This document shows positions 17,343 through 25,941 of a DNA stretch of 32,000 nt, one piece after another; the stretch's first letter is position 1; every line of letters starts with the position of its first letter. A program made the position numbers and the translations under genes. The DNA is from Rhodobacter capsulatus SB 1003. Lineage in GTDB: Bacteria > Pseudomonadota > Alphaproteobacteria > Rhodobacterales > Rhodobacteraceae. The notes below the pieces were generated by a model. That model worked only from the letters and a program-made list of their open reading frames with translations. It did no database searches and was not told where the DNA came from. The stretch covers positions 1,320,001 through 1,352,000 of the forward strand of contig NC_014034.1 in assembly GCF_000021865.1 (NCBI RefSeq). Reading direction: 5' to 3'.

Positions 17343-19951
17343 TGCGGACGCTTGACTATCAGGAACGGGTTCTGCGCACGCTGGACGACTATCTGGACGA
17401 GTTGAAGGCGCAGAAGGTGCAGGCCGACCAGATCGACGCTGTGCGCGCGGCCAACCCGAACTTGGCCATCCCGCCCTTGGATTTCTGCGCAAAGGCTTGG
17501 GAGAACCTGAACGCGGTGAAGCCGCTGCCGGTGCGAAAGTTCAAGGACGGCACGGTTGTTCCCTTCTCGCCGCGTGTCGACGGTATCGGACGGGCGGTGC
17601 CCAATGTCACCTTCAAGGTGCCCACAGGCGGCGGCAAGACATGGCTGGCCGTGAATGCCGTTTCCCGCATCATGGGGCGGTATCTGGGCAAGAACGAGGG
17701 CTTCGTGCTGTGGGTGGTGCCGAACGAGGCGATTTACACCCAGACGCTCAAGCGCCTGAAAGACCGGCAGCACCCCTATCGTCAGGCGCTGGACCGCGCG
17801 GCGGCGGGCCGGGTGAAGGTGATGGAGAAGGGTGACCGGCTGGACGCGCGGGATGTGGAAACGCATCTGTGCGTCATGGTGCTGATGTTGCAGGCGGCGA
17901 ACCGGCAGACGCAGGAAACCTTGCGGATGTTCCGCGACCGGGGCGATGTGCACGGGTTCTTCCCGCCCGAGGGGGATCAGGCGGCCCATGCGGCAGAGTT
18001 GAAAGCAGTGCCCAATCTGGACGGCTATCAGGGCATGTTCCCGATGGTGAAGGACAGTCTGGGCAACGCACTGCGGAAAATCCGCCCGGTGGTGGTGATG
18101 GATGAGGGGCAGAAGGCTACTTCAGACCTCGCCAACAAGACGCTTTACGACTTCAACCCGCTCTTTGTGCTGGAACTGACCGCCACGCCCAAGGATGTGA
18201 CCGCCAAGGGCGGCGGGGCGCGCTATGCCAACCTGTTGGTGGAGGTGACGGGGCGCGAGTTGCACGCCGAAGACATGATCAAGATGCCGCTGAACCTTGA
18301 ACCCCGGCAGGGCACGGATTGGCGGGGCACGCTGACGGCGGCGCTGGACCGGCTGAACACCTTGCAGGCGGCGGCAGACGCCTACCGGGCCGACAGGGGC
18401 GAGTTGGCCTATATCCGCCCCATCATGCTGGTGCAGGTGGAGCGGACGGGAAAGGATCAGCGCGACGGGGTGCATATCCACGCCGAAGACGTGAAGGAAT
18501 GGCTGCTGCAAGCGGGGCTGGACGAGGCGCAGATTGCCATTAAGACCGCCGAACAAAACGACCTGAGCCAGCCCGAGAACCAAGACCTGCTTTCGCCAGC
18601 GAACCGAGTGCGGGTGATCGTCACCAAGGCGGCGCTGCAAGAGGGCTGGGATTGCCCCTTTGCCTATGTGCTGTGTTCGCTGGCCGCAGCATCGAACCTG
18701 TCCGCCATGACGCAGCTTGTGGGCCGCATCCTGCGCCAGCCCTATGCGCTGAAAACCAAGGTGTCCGCGCTGGACGAATGCTATGTCATCACGCACCATG
18801 CCGGAACGCGCGAGGTCGTGGAGGCCATCAAGGCAGGGCTCGAAAAGGACGGCTTGGCCGATCTGGTCATCGAAGTGCCAGCGGGCACGGGGGCTACAGC
18901 ACCCGGAACGCAGCGCCGCGTTGAACGGCGGGCAGAGTTCAAAAGTCTGAAAGTCTATCTGCCCAAGGTCCTTTGCGACGATGGCGGAGCGTTGCGCGAC
19001 CTGGACTACGAAACCGACATCCTGTCGGCCATTGACTGGCGCGATTACGACCCAAGCGCAGTGGCACAGGCCATCCCAGAAAACCCGTTGCTGGCCGCAG
19101 CGCAGTTGCAGCGGATCAGCCTGACGGATGGGGGGTCCGATTACTTCCGTCAGGAGGAAATCGCCGCCGCATCAGAGACGCTGCGCTACGATCCATCCTA
19201 TGCTGTGCGCGTCATCTCCGACCTTGTTCCAAACCCGTTTGTGGCGCGGTCGATACTCGGTCGCTTGGTGGACGTGCTGAAGGCGCGCGGCTTTGACGAC
19301 AAGAAGCTTGGGGCCGCGTCGGGCGTCATCGTGGATGCCCTGCGGCTTGCGCTCGATAAGGAACGCACGACACGGGCAGAGGCGCTGTTCAAGGCAGGGG
19401 TCAAAGCGGGCCGTATTCAGTTCCGGCTACGACTGGATGGCAACAACTGGGTGATGCCCGAGACAATAACGACCTTTGAGCCGGACCTTTCCCCGCACAT
19501 GACAGGGGGCGATGGCGGGCCTCTGAAACGCAGCCTGTTCTCGCCAGTGTTCCGCAACGAACTGAACACCGAGGAACAAGGGGTTGCCGTCCATCTCGAC
19601 GGGGAGGCCGCTGTGAAATGGTGGCATCGCAACGTCGCCAAGACCAACTATGGCATCCAAGGTTGGCAGCGCGGGCGCATCTATCCCGACTTCATCTTTG
19701 CAACGGGTTGCGCGGGCGGTAATGGGCGCATCGTGATGTTGGAAACCAAGGGCGACCATCTTCAGAACCCGGACACCGACTACAAGCGCGAGGTTCTGGA
19801 CTTTTTGACGGAGAACTTCTCGTGGGATCAAGCCGTGCCCGCCGGTCAACTACAGATTACCCAAACAGGCGAAACTCTGGAGTGCGCGCTGGTATTGATG
19901 AGGGACATCCCGGCGCGGCTCCCCGTTCTGATTGCTGGCCACGAACCGTGA
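17342..19951 (+). CDS. res: Type III restriction endonuclease Res subunit (SF2 helicase plus PD-ExK nuclease)
   Basis: Helicase motifs VPTGGGKT (I), VVMDEGQ (II), LTATP (III), QEGWDCP (V) and QLVGRILRQ (VI). C-terminal nuclease-like IYPDF...VMLETKG. Confidence 0.9.
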   Translation: MRTLDYQERVLRTLDDYLDELKAQKVQADQIDAVRAANPNLAIPPLDFCAKAWENLNAVKPLPVRKFKDGTVVPFSPRVDGIGRAVPNVTFKVPTGGGKTWLAVNAVSRIMGRYLGKNEGFVLWVVPNEAIYTQTLKRLKDRQHPYRQALDRAAAGRVKVMEKGDRLDARDVETHLCVMVLMLQAANRQTQETLRMFRDRGDVHGFFPPEGDQAAHAAELKAVPNLDGYQGMFPMVKDSLGNALRKIRPVVVMDEGQKATSDLANKTLYDFNPLFVLELTATPKDVTAKGGGARYANLLVEVTGRELHAEDMIKMPLNLEPRQGTDWRGTLTAALDRLNTLQAAADAYRADRGELAYIRPIMLVQVERTGKDQRDGVHIHAEDVKEWLLQAGLDEAQIAIKTAEQNDLSQPENQDLLSPANRVRVIVTKAALQEGWDCPFAYVLCSLAAASNLSAMTQLVGRILRQPYALKTKVSALDECYVITHHAGTREVVEAIKAGLEKDGLADLVIEVPAGTGATAPGTQRRVERRAEFKSLKVYLPKVLCDDGGALRDLDYETDILSAIDWRDYDPSAVAQAIPENPLLAAAQLQRISLTDGGSDYFRQEEIAAASETLRYDPSYAVRVISDLVPNPFVARSILGRLVDVLKARGFDDKKLGAASGVIVDALRLALDKERTTRAEALFKAGVKAGRIQFRLRLDGNNWVMPETITTFEPDLSPHMTGGDGGPLKRSLFSPVFRNELNTEEQGVAVHLDGEAAVKWWHRNVAKTNYGIQGWQRGRIYPDFIFATGCAGGNGRIVMLETKGDHLQNPDTDYKREVLDFLTENFSWDQAVPAGQLQITQTGETLECALVLMRDIPARLPVLIAGHEP

Positions 19952-20003
19952 TGTTGTAGGCCAGAACTGACACCCGAAGGGATGCAGATGCGCAACTTTC
20001 GCC

Positions 20004-20639
20004 TCACATCCCCCACCGTGCTAGAGCGGCCTCGGCCTGCGCCGGGTTCTCTCTTATCCGCAGGATGGCTTGCCGCGAAATTCCGGTCGCCTTGCTGATC
20101 TCGGACGCTCCCGCGCCGTTGTCGAGCATGTCTCGCACGACGATCAGCTTGCTGCGATCGAAGGTCGGCTTCTTGCCACGGTAGCGGTTGCCATTAGCCT
20201 TCGCCGCCTCGATACCAGCGCGCTGCGCCTCTCGCAGCGCCTCTGCTTGGGCTTGGGCCGTGGCAGCCATAAACGCGATCATCGAGTCCCGCACCGCCTG
20301 CTGCACCGGATCAGAGGTAGAGCCGTCGAAGGTCATGTTGTTGATGACCGTCCGGACGATGACCCCCTGCTGCATGAAATGCCGCACGACTTCGGTGACA
20401 TCGGTGTAGTTGCGGCCAAGCCGGTCGAGCCAGCGCACGACCAGCACGTCGCCCTTCCGAAGGAGATCGAACAATCGACGCCCCTCGGCTCGCTCGCGCA
20501 ATCGAGTGCTGACGCCGGACACACCGTGGTCGGCAACCACTTCGTCGATCACGAAGCCTGCCATCTCGGCTTGGGTGCGCTGGTGAGAGAGCGTCTGATC
20601 CGCAGTGGACACGCGGGCGTAAAGAACGGTGCGGCTCAT
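20004..20639 (-). CDS. Serine recombinase (resolvase/invertase family)
   Basis: MSRTVLYARVSTADQ catalytic-Ser motif, VVRWLDRLGRN, and a C-terminal HTH (ISKATGISRQAILRI). Start at 20639 is preceded by GGAGGAA. The track ORF to 20957 is an upstream extension. Confidence 0.9.
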   Translation of the reverse strand: MSRTVLYARVSTADQTLSHQRTQAEMAGFVIDEVVADHGVSGVSTRLRERAEGRRLFDLLRKGDVLVVRWLDRLGRNYTDVTEVVRHFMQQGVIVRTVINNMTFDGSTSDPVQQAVRDSMIAFMAATAQAQAEALREAQRAGIEAAKANGNRYRGKKPTFDRSKLIVVRDMLDNGAGASEISKATGISRQAILRIRENPAQAEAALARWGM

Positions 20640-20649
20640 GTTCCTCCGG

Positions 20650-20690
20650 ATGTCCGTTAAGGTGATGTCCGTTAATTCGCATGTCCGTTG
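20650..20690. repeat. Three direct ATGTCCGTT(A/G) repeats immediately upstream of the recombinase start
   Basis: ATGTCCGTTA at 20650, ATGTCCGTTA at 20665, ATGTCCGTTG at 20681 (15-16 nt spacing). Confidence 0.6.
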
Positions 20691-21004
20691 ATGCGTGTCA
20701 ACCTCTATGGATACCCCAGTTGGGCGGCTTCGGGGTGACCGTTGGGGTATGGTTGAGCGGACGACCGAATGCGAGGAGGATTGTAGGACGCGCTGTGTGC
20801 GAGAAGCAACGAATGTTCCATATTTGAAGACGCGTCGCTTTGTGGCTATGGACAGTTCATGAACGATGAAGCAAACAACTCCAGCGTGCGGGGAGACTCT
20901 GCAGTCGGTCCATGCGGGCTTTACTTGTGAAGGATAGGCGCTCAGCCTAGCTGGCATGCCTATAGGTTAGCTGATCCGTTTCGGAAAGGCCAACCTACTC
21001 TCGT

Positions 21005-21655
21005 ATGAGGGGTAGATTATCTGATTTCTATGCCCCGCACGCACAGAGCTATTGGAGATTAAAGGTGACGAACGTTTCCGGCATAAACTCGCCGACCCCG
21101 GATAAATCCCTTGCAGATAAGATTTGGTTAACCTCTCATTGCAGAATGAACGCGGAGAGGAGGAATCGACGCTACGAAATTTGGGCTACAATCGAGTTGT
21201 CGTCGGTTTCAGTTGGAATAATTGGCCTGACCACATTCCGCGATCGACTGGGTGCCTTCCCTGTGGACGAATATACTTTGATACTTTCAATTATGACTCT
21301 TGTAATATCTACGCTGATTGCCGGAGCGAAATTTGGCGAGCGAGCGGCTACGTTCAGGGAATGCTACCTTCAACTTGAAAGGCTGAATGCCAGCAAGCAA
21401 GACCTGCAAGAAAAAACCTCAGAGTATAATGCGATACTGGCATCATACCCGAACCACTCGGACATTGATTACACATCTCTAATCATATCGAGAACTCTGT
21501 GGCGAAATCAGGAACTATGCGACCCACGAGGCAGATCAATCACATGGACGTGGGGAACTCTTGGTTCTTGGATATTGTATATTTTCGTGGAGGTGCTGGT
21601 ATATTTGGTTCTTCCTGCCTTGGTTTTTCTGCCTGCCGCCGTTCTCGCTTGGTGA
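21005..21655 (+). CDS. SLATT-like 2TM membrane protein (putative effector partner of the RT)
   Basis: Two adjacent hydrophobic helices (IWATIELSSVSVGIIGLTTF and LILSIMTLVISTLIAGAKF) are followed by a helical segment (RECYLQLERLNASKQDL...YNAILASYP) and a C-terminal TM. This layout resembles SLATT domains. The start is uncertain: ATG 21005, or GTG 21065 preceded by GGAG. Its stop abuts the RT start. Confidence 0.5.
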   Translation: MRGRLSDFYAPHAQSYWRLKVTNVSGINSPTPDKSLADKIWLTSHCRMNAERRNRRYEIWATIELSSVSVGIIGLTTFRDRLGAFPVDEYTLILSIMTLVISTLIAGAKFGERAATFRECYLQLERLNASKQDLQEKTSEYNAILASYPNHSDIDYTSLIISRTLWRNQELCDPRGRSITWTWGTLGSWILYIFVEVLVYLVLPALVFLPAAVLAW

Positions 21656-23008
21656 GTGCTGCAGATGGGGTCAAAGGAAACTTTTTGCGCGCTGTTTAAC
21701 CCAAAGGAACTTCAAGACATATTTGATAAGTCTGTTGCGCTGAAGGGGGCCATCGGGCGCGATGGCCAATCAGTGGAAGCATTCAGAGGGCGCATAAAGG
21801 ACGAGCTTTCCCTCATCGAACGGAAGGCGCTGAATTGCACATACAAATTCACCGCCTACAGTGAAAAATTGGTTTCCAAAGGTGCAGGGAAAAGGCCGAG
21901 ACAGTTGTCTAAGCCGACCGTTCGAGACAAGGTAACACTCAAGGCGCTATCGAAGATACTGGTCTCATTATTCCCTTCTGCCATTCCCGCAACCCCCCAC
22001 TCAATAGTGAGGGATGCTTTGGGCATTATAAGGGGTGAATTCGGTGAATTTTATTACGTTCGACTTGATATTCAAGAGTTCTTCCCGTCAATCGACCACG
22101 ACATACTAATGCGGCTACTTAGGAGGCGCATTAGGTATCGCCCTATTCTTCATTTGGTTAAGGATGCAATTAGAACGCCAACAGGCGTGAAGAAAAGTGA
22201 GGGCTCGCTTAACCAAGTTGGCATCCCGCAAGGCTTGAGTATATCAAGCGCTTTGGCGTCAATATATTTGGCTGATATGGATGAGGAATTGAGTTCCCTA
22301 TGCAGCGGTCGCTACTTTCGTTATGTTGATGATGTGCTGTTCGTGTGCAAGCCCTCGGAAGCTGAAGAAATAGCCAGACGCGCGACCGAAATATTACAAA
22401 AAAAACGCAAGATCAGTTGTCATCCTGTCGGGACTGGCGGCAAGAGCGTAATTGTTCCAGGTGCTCAAGGCATCGATTACATAGGCTATCACTTCTCGCC
22501 CGGTCTCCTGCGTGTTCGAACCTCGTCAGTGCGTAAGTATTTGGGCGTAATGGTGACGGAGTTCTCGAAGTGCAAACAGGCAGGACTTGCGGGGAGCAGG
22601 TTGTGGCGACTGAATCTTCGGATCACTGGCTGTATTTTTGATGGAAAACGAATTGGCTGGATGTTTTTCTTTTCTCAGACGGAGGACGTGTCACAGTTGA
22701 AGCGGATTGATGCGTTCATCAAGTCGCGTGCTGGTTTGGTTTCGGGTCAAGCGGAGGCTTCTAGGGTCAAAAGACTTGTTCGAGCTTATCATGAAATTAA
22801 ATACAATCTGCACGGGACTAAATACATCCCCAATTTTGACAAATATGGGCTTGAGGATAAGAGGCGAGATATTTGTCTGCTGGCCCCCCACTTATTTTCT
22901 GCTCGTGTTGAAAGCATGACGGCAGACGAAATAAACGCTGCATTCCGAACTTGCATTAACAAGGAAATCTCGGATATCGAGAAAGACCTGCTTGAGGCAT
23001 TTTCGTAA
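21656..23008 (+). CDS. Reverse transcriptase (standalone, non-retron-looking; UG/Abi-like or group-II-like lineage)
   Basis: RT motifs in order: YVRLDIQEFFPSIDH (motif A), GIPQGLSISSALASIYL (motif B), YFRYVDDVLFV (YxDD) and IDYIGYHF. About 150 aa of C-terminal extension. Start is GTG 21656 or ATG 21665. Confidence 0.85.
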   Translation: MLQMGSKETFCALFNPKELQDIFDKSVALKGAIGRDGQSVEAFRGRIKDELSLIERKALNCTYKFTAYSEKLVSKGAGKRPRQLSKPTVRDKVTLKALSKILVSLFPSAIPATPHSIVRDALGIIRGEFGEFYYVRLDIQEFFPSIDHDILMRLLRRRIRYRPILHLVKDAIRTPTGVKKSEGSLNQVGIPQGLSISSALASIYLADMDEELSSLCSGRYFRYVDDVLFVCKPSEAEEIARRATEILQKKRKISCHPVGTGGKSVIVPGAQGIDYIGYHFSPGLLRVRTSSVRKYLGVMVTEFSKCKQAGLAGSRLWRLNLRITGCIFDGKRIGWMFFFSQTEDVSQLKRIDAFIKSRAGLVSGQAEASRVKRLVRAYHEIKYNLHGTKYIPNFDKYGLEDKRRDICLLAPHLFSARVESMTADEINAAFRTCINKEISDIEKDLLEAFS

Positions 23009-23242
23009 TGTTCGCCAGAATGACGTAGGGCGTTGCCCGACGTCCATTTCGCGTCTGCCGCACATATTCGGTGTATGGAACCTGGCCATAGCAATTTTCT
23101 AATCGGACTTAGCCTAAATTCTGAATGCTACCGGCTTTTCCATCGGGCGGGGATGTCATCTCGTTCAGGAGCGCCCCGCCCATCTGGCCCGCCGAAGCGC
23201 TTCCGGTTGGGCGCTCAGGGGCATCGTGTGCGTATGACATCT

Positions 23243-23254
23243 TGCGTGACATTT
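23243..23254 (+). promoter_or_regulatory. Right-end copy of the TGCGTGACATTT arm-type motif
   Basis: Exact 12-mer shared with 7528-7539. A related TGCGTATGACAT sits at 23229-23240. About 60 nt inside attR. Confidence 0.45.
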
Positions 23255-23313
23255 TGGAGGGCGGGCGAACGATAACCTTTTGAAATATAAAGGAATCGTT
23301 GGAGCGGCGACGT

Positions 23314-23330
23314 CCACCGCTTCCGCCACC
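23314..23330 (+). repeat. attR core: CCACCGCTTCCGCCACC
   Basis: Exact direct repeat of 7433-7449. No tRNA body precedes it. Confidence 0.8.
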
Positions 23331-23469
23331 TCACATTGCCGCGCAAGAAAATAAATCACTATAATTCATATGCTTAGACAATAATTCAATCTCGCGGAAA
23401 TCTAAGTCCCCTTGATATCGCTCCGCAAAACGCCACACAATATGCTCCACATTGATCTGTGAGGGCATC

Positions 23470-24735
23470 ATGACGATCATGCGGCGGGGCAAGGGGTTGA
23501 GTCTGCGCAGGCGGGTGCCGCAGCGCTATCGGCCGGTCGAGCCGCGCACCGAGATCTGGCTCAGCCTGCATACGGATTCCGAAACCATCGCCAGCCAGAA
23601 GGCGCCCCGGATCTGGCACGAGCAGATCGAGGCCTGGGAAGCGAAGCTCGCGGGCGACAGCGCGGAGGCCGAGGCGCGCCATGCCGCCGCGCGGCGCCTC
23701 GCAGAGGTGCGGGGCTATCGCTATCTGACCGCGGACAAGGTGGCGAGCCTGCCGCGCAGCGCGCTTCTCGAGCGGGTCGAGGAGGTGGCCCGGCGCGGTG
23801 CCGATCCCTCCGAGGCGTCCGCCCTTCTCGGCGGCGAGGCCGAGCCGCCGATCACCGTCAGCCGGGCGCTCGAGCTTTATTGGGGTTTCGCACGCGATCT
23901 GGTGCTGAACAAATCCCCCGATCAGCTCCGCCGCTGGCGCAACCCGCGCATCAAGGCGGTGAAGACCTTCATTGATGTGATCGGCGACAAGCCCCTCGCC
24001 CAGATCACCCGCGACGACATGCTCGCCTTCCGCGAGTTCTGGCTCAACCGGATCGAAGAAGAGGGCGTCAAGCCCAATAGCGCGAACAAGGACCTCACCC
24101 ATCTTGGCGGCGTTCTGCGCATGGTCGTCGAAAAGAAGAAGCTGGCCATCGTGCTGCCTTTGGGCGGGCTTGCCCTGAAAGAGGGAGACAAGGCGCAGCG
24201 CCTGCCGTTTTCGGACGGCTGGATTCGCGATCGCCTCTTGGCCCCGGGGGCGCTCGACGGGATGAACGACCAGGAGCGCTGCATCTTGCAGGTGGTGATC
24301 AACACCGGAATGCGGCCCAGCGAGGTTGCGGCGTTGCGGTCCACAGAAATCGCGCTGGATGTCGCCGTGCCGCATCTGTCGCTGCAGCCGATCGGGCGGG
24401 AATTGAAATCGGCGTCAGCGCGGCGGGTGATTCCGCTCTTGGGCATTGCCCTTGCCGCGATGCGTGCCTTCCCCTAGGGGTTTCCGCGCTATCGGGAAAA
24501 CTCTGCCAGCCTGAGCGCCGCGATGAACAAGTACCTGCGCGGCAACGGGCTGATGGAGACGCCTCGGCATACGATCTATTCGCTGCGCCACGCTTTCGAG
24601 GACCGGATGCTTGCCGCGCGCATCGACGAGCGGATCCGGCGCGATCTGATGGGCCATTCGCTCGGCCGCGAGCGCTACGGCTTAGGTGCCTCGCTCGAGC
24701 ATGCCGCCGAATTGCTGGTGCCGATCTCGTTCTGA
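23470..24735 (+). pseudogene. Tyrosine integrase paralogue interrupted by one in-frame TAG (24475-24477)
   Basis: ORFs 23452..24477 and 24523..24735 are in the same frame. ...AMRAFP*GFPRYRENSASLSAAMNKYLRGNGLMET aligns with the integrase-1 segment ...AMQRFPNGFPRYDDKAATLSATVNKYLREAGLMET. The catalytic LRHAFE / MGHS / RYG lie downstream of the stop. Confidence 0.8.
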
Positions 24736-25001
24736 TCGATCAGCGCATTGCTCTCGTTTTGCGCGATTACCGCGCGGGCGCGGGCGATCACATCCGCGGC
24801 CTGCGCCTGTTTCTCAAGTGCGATCTCTCGCTCGAGACGGCGGAAGATCGGCGCATAAACCGGGTTTTCGATGACGAGACCGGCAACGATGCGCAGTGCG
24901 GCCTCCAGCCGTTGCAGATCGCCCTGCCCGGGACGCAAGGCCGGGCGCGCGGGCGGCACGCTGCCCCCCGCCTTTCGCCCCGTCTGTTGCCCGCCGTCCA
25001 T
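24675..25001 (-). CDS. Hypothetical small protein, positional and weak sequence counterpart of 8853..9062
   Basis: Internal ATG at 25001 of the 301-aa track ORF. Convergent with and overlapping the integrase pseudogene 3' end. May itself be decayed. Confidence 0.3.
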   Translation of the reverse strand: MDGGQQTGRKAGGSVPPARPALRPGQGDLQRLEAALRIVAGLVIENPVYAPIFRRLEREIALEKQAQAADVIARARAVIAQNESNALIDQNEIGTSNSAACSSEAPKP

Positions 25002-25278
25002 GCCGCTTTGCGCTCCCGTCTGCCCAAGATCGCGCCCGACGAAAAATCTGGGCCAATGATCTGGATCCGCCGTCTCAGGCGGTGACACGAGTATAGGGCG
25101 GATGCGGTTTGGCCCCGAGCGTGCTTTCGGCGGTCGAGGGCGCGCAACGGCAGAAAGATGTTGATAACCCCCTGTTCTGGAAGAGATTTGCGAAAAAGAA
25201 TTGGACATCCCGTGGCCCGGTGGAGCTGCCCTCCCCTTGACCCGGACGGTGCGGCCCGAAAATCCGGAACTTTTTTGC

Positions 25279-25440
25279 GAGAGGGGGCTGAAGAGGGAAA
25301 AGACCGAAAGAGAGGTCAAGGGGAAAAGAAGAAAGAGCGCCCTTGGCGCGGCGCAGATCGGGAGAGATGGAAAAAGAAGAAAAGAGAAAAGACGGCGCAA
25401 GAGCGCCGGGGGAAAAGGTGGGAAGAAGAGAGAAGAGACC
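25279..25440 (+). other. About 160-nt polypurine (A/G) tract on the plus strand with two embedded 5-bp GC hairpins
   Basis: Runs such as GAAGAGGGAAAAGACCGAAAGAGAGG and GGAAAAAGAAGAAAAGAGAAAAGA. Hairpins are GCGCC-CTT-GGCGC (25337-25349) and GGCGC-AAGA-GCGCC (25394-25407). Confidence 0.7.
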
Positions 25441-25539
25441 CGGCAAAGGCGGCGCCTGTTTCGGGGCCGGTTCGACCCTCGGCCTCCCGGACAGTCGGCG
25501 ATCCGCGCACCGGGGGACACCGCCGGTACGACAACAGGT

Positions 25540-25941
25540 TCAAACCCAGGAAATGGCGTCTCGCAACCTGTCTGGCCCAAGGATCAGATCGCGCGGAATG
25601 CCGTAGCGCAGCGCATAAAACGAAACTTCGCCTGGGTCCGCAGGGACACCCAGCCGATACCACCGCGTCATCGTGCGCGCCCACGTCAGATCGGGATCGA
25701 GACCGCACAAACGGGAAGTGTGGCTCACCGGACCTCGGCACACGGGGTGCCCCTCCGGCCGCCCCATCAAGATTGCGCCACCAAAACGGGTGTCCTGCAC
25801 GCCGATCCACGCGTGCATGGTGGGCGCCGAAATCAGATCGGTCGCGCTCGGCCCCGCTTCCGCCAGAGCAGTTGCGACACGCTGCGCCTCGCGCAGCGCG
25901 TGGTTGCCAAGGTCATTGGCATGAAAAGGCTTAGCGCACAT
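25540..25941 (-). CDS. Hypothetical protein (133 aa)
   Basis: ORF with GGAGAT just upstream of the ATG. Composition is protein-like, but I recognise no motif. Confidence 0.45.
   Translation of the reverse strand: MCAKPFHANDLGNHALREAQRVATALAEAGPSATDLISAPTMHAWIGVQDTRFGGAILMGRPEGHPVCRGPVSHTSRLCGLDPDLTWARTMTRWYRLGVPADPGEVSFYALRYGIPRDLILGPDRLRDAISWV

Larger units (their letters stand above)
7433..23330 (+). mobile_element. tRNA-Ser-integrated genomic island (~15.9 kb) carrying defence cargo
   Basis: A tyrosine integrase sits immediately 3' of the tRNA. A 17-bp direct repeat of the tRNA 3' end recurs at 23314-23330. Cargo is replication/recombination genes, a Type III R-M and an RT cassette. Composition is patchy (15.9-16.6 kb and 20.7-23.4 kb are AT-richer). 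Confidence 0.8.

Noticed and set aside
20640-20957. 106-aa N-terminal extension of the serine recombinase ORF.
   Set aside because: The canonical MSRTVLYARVST start has a strong GGAGGAA SD at 20639. The extension runs through the triple repeat and non-coding-looking sequence.
21656-23008. Calling the RT a retron RT (a 2TM partner is also seen with some retrons).
   Set aside because: There is no VTG-type motif after YxDD (IGYHF instead). I could not find an msr/msd-like pair of long inverted repeats upstream of the RT. The gene order (2TM before RT) is atypical. The call is left as UG/Abi-like pending HMM classification.
24675-25580. The full 301-aa minus ORF spanning the pyrimidine-rich strand of the purine tract.
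   Set aside because: Most of it is Pro/Ser/Leu/Phe low-complexity translated from the C/T-only strand. Only the C-terminal ~109 aa (from the ATG at 25001) resembles the small protein next to integrase 1.
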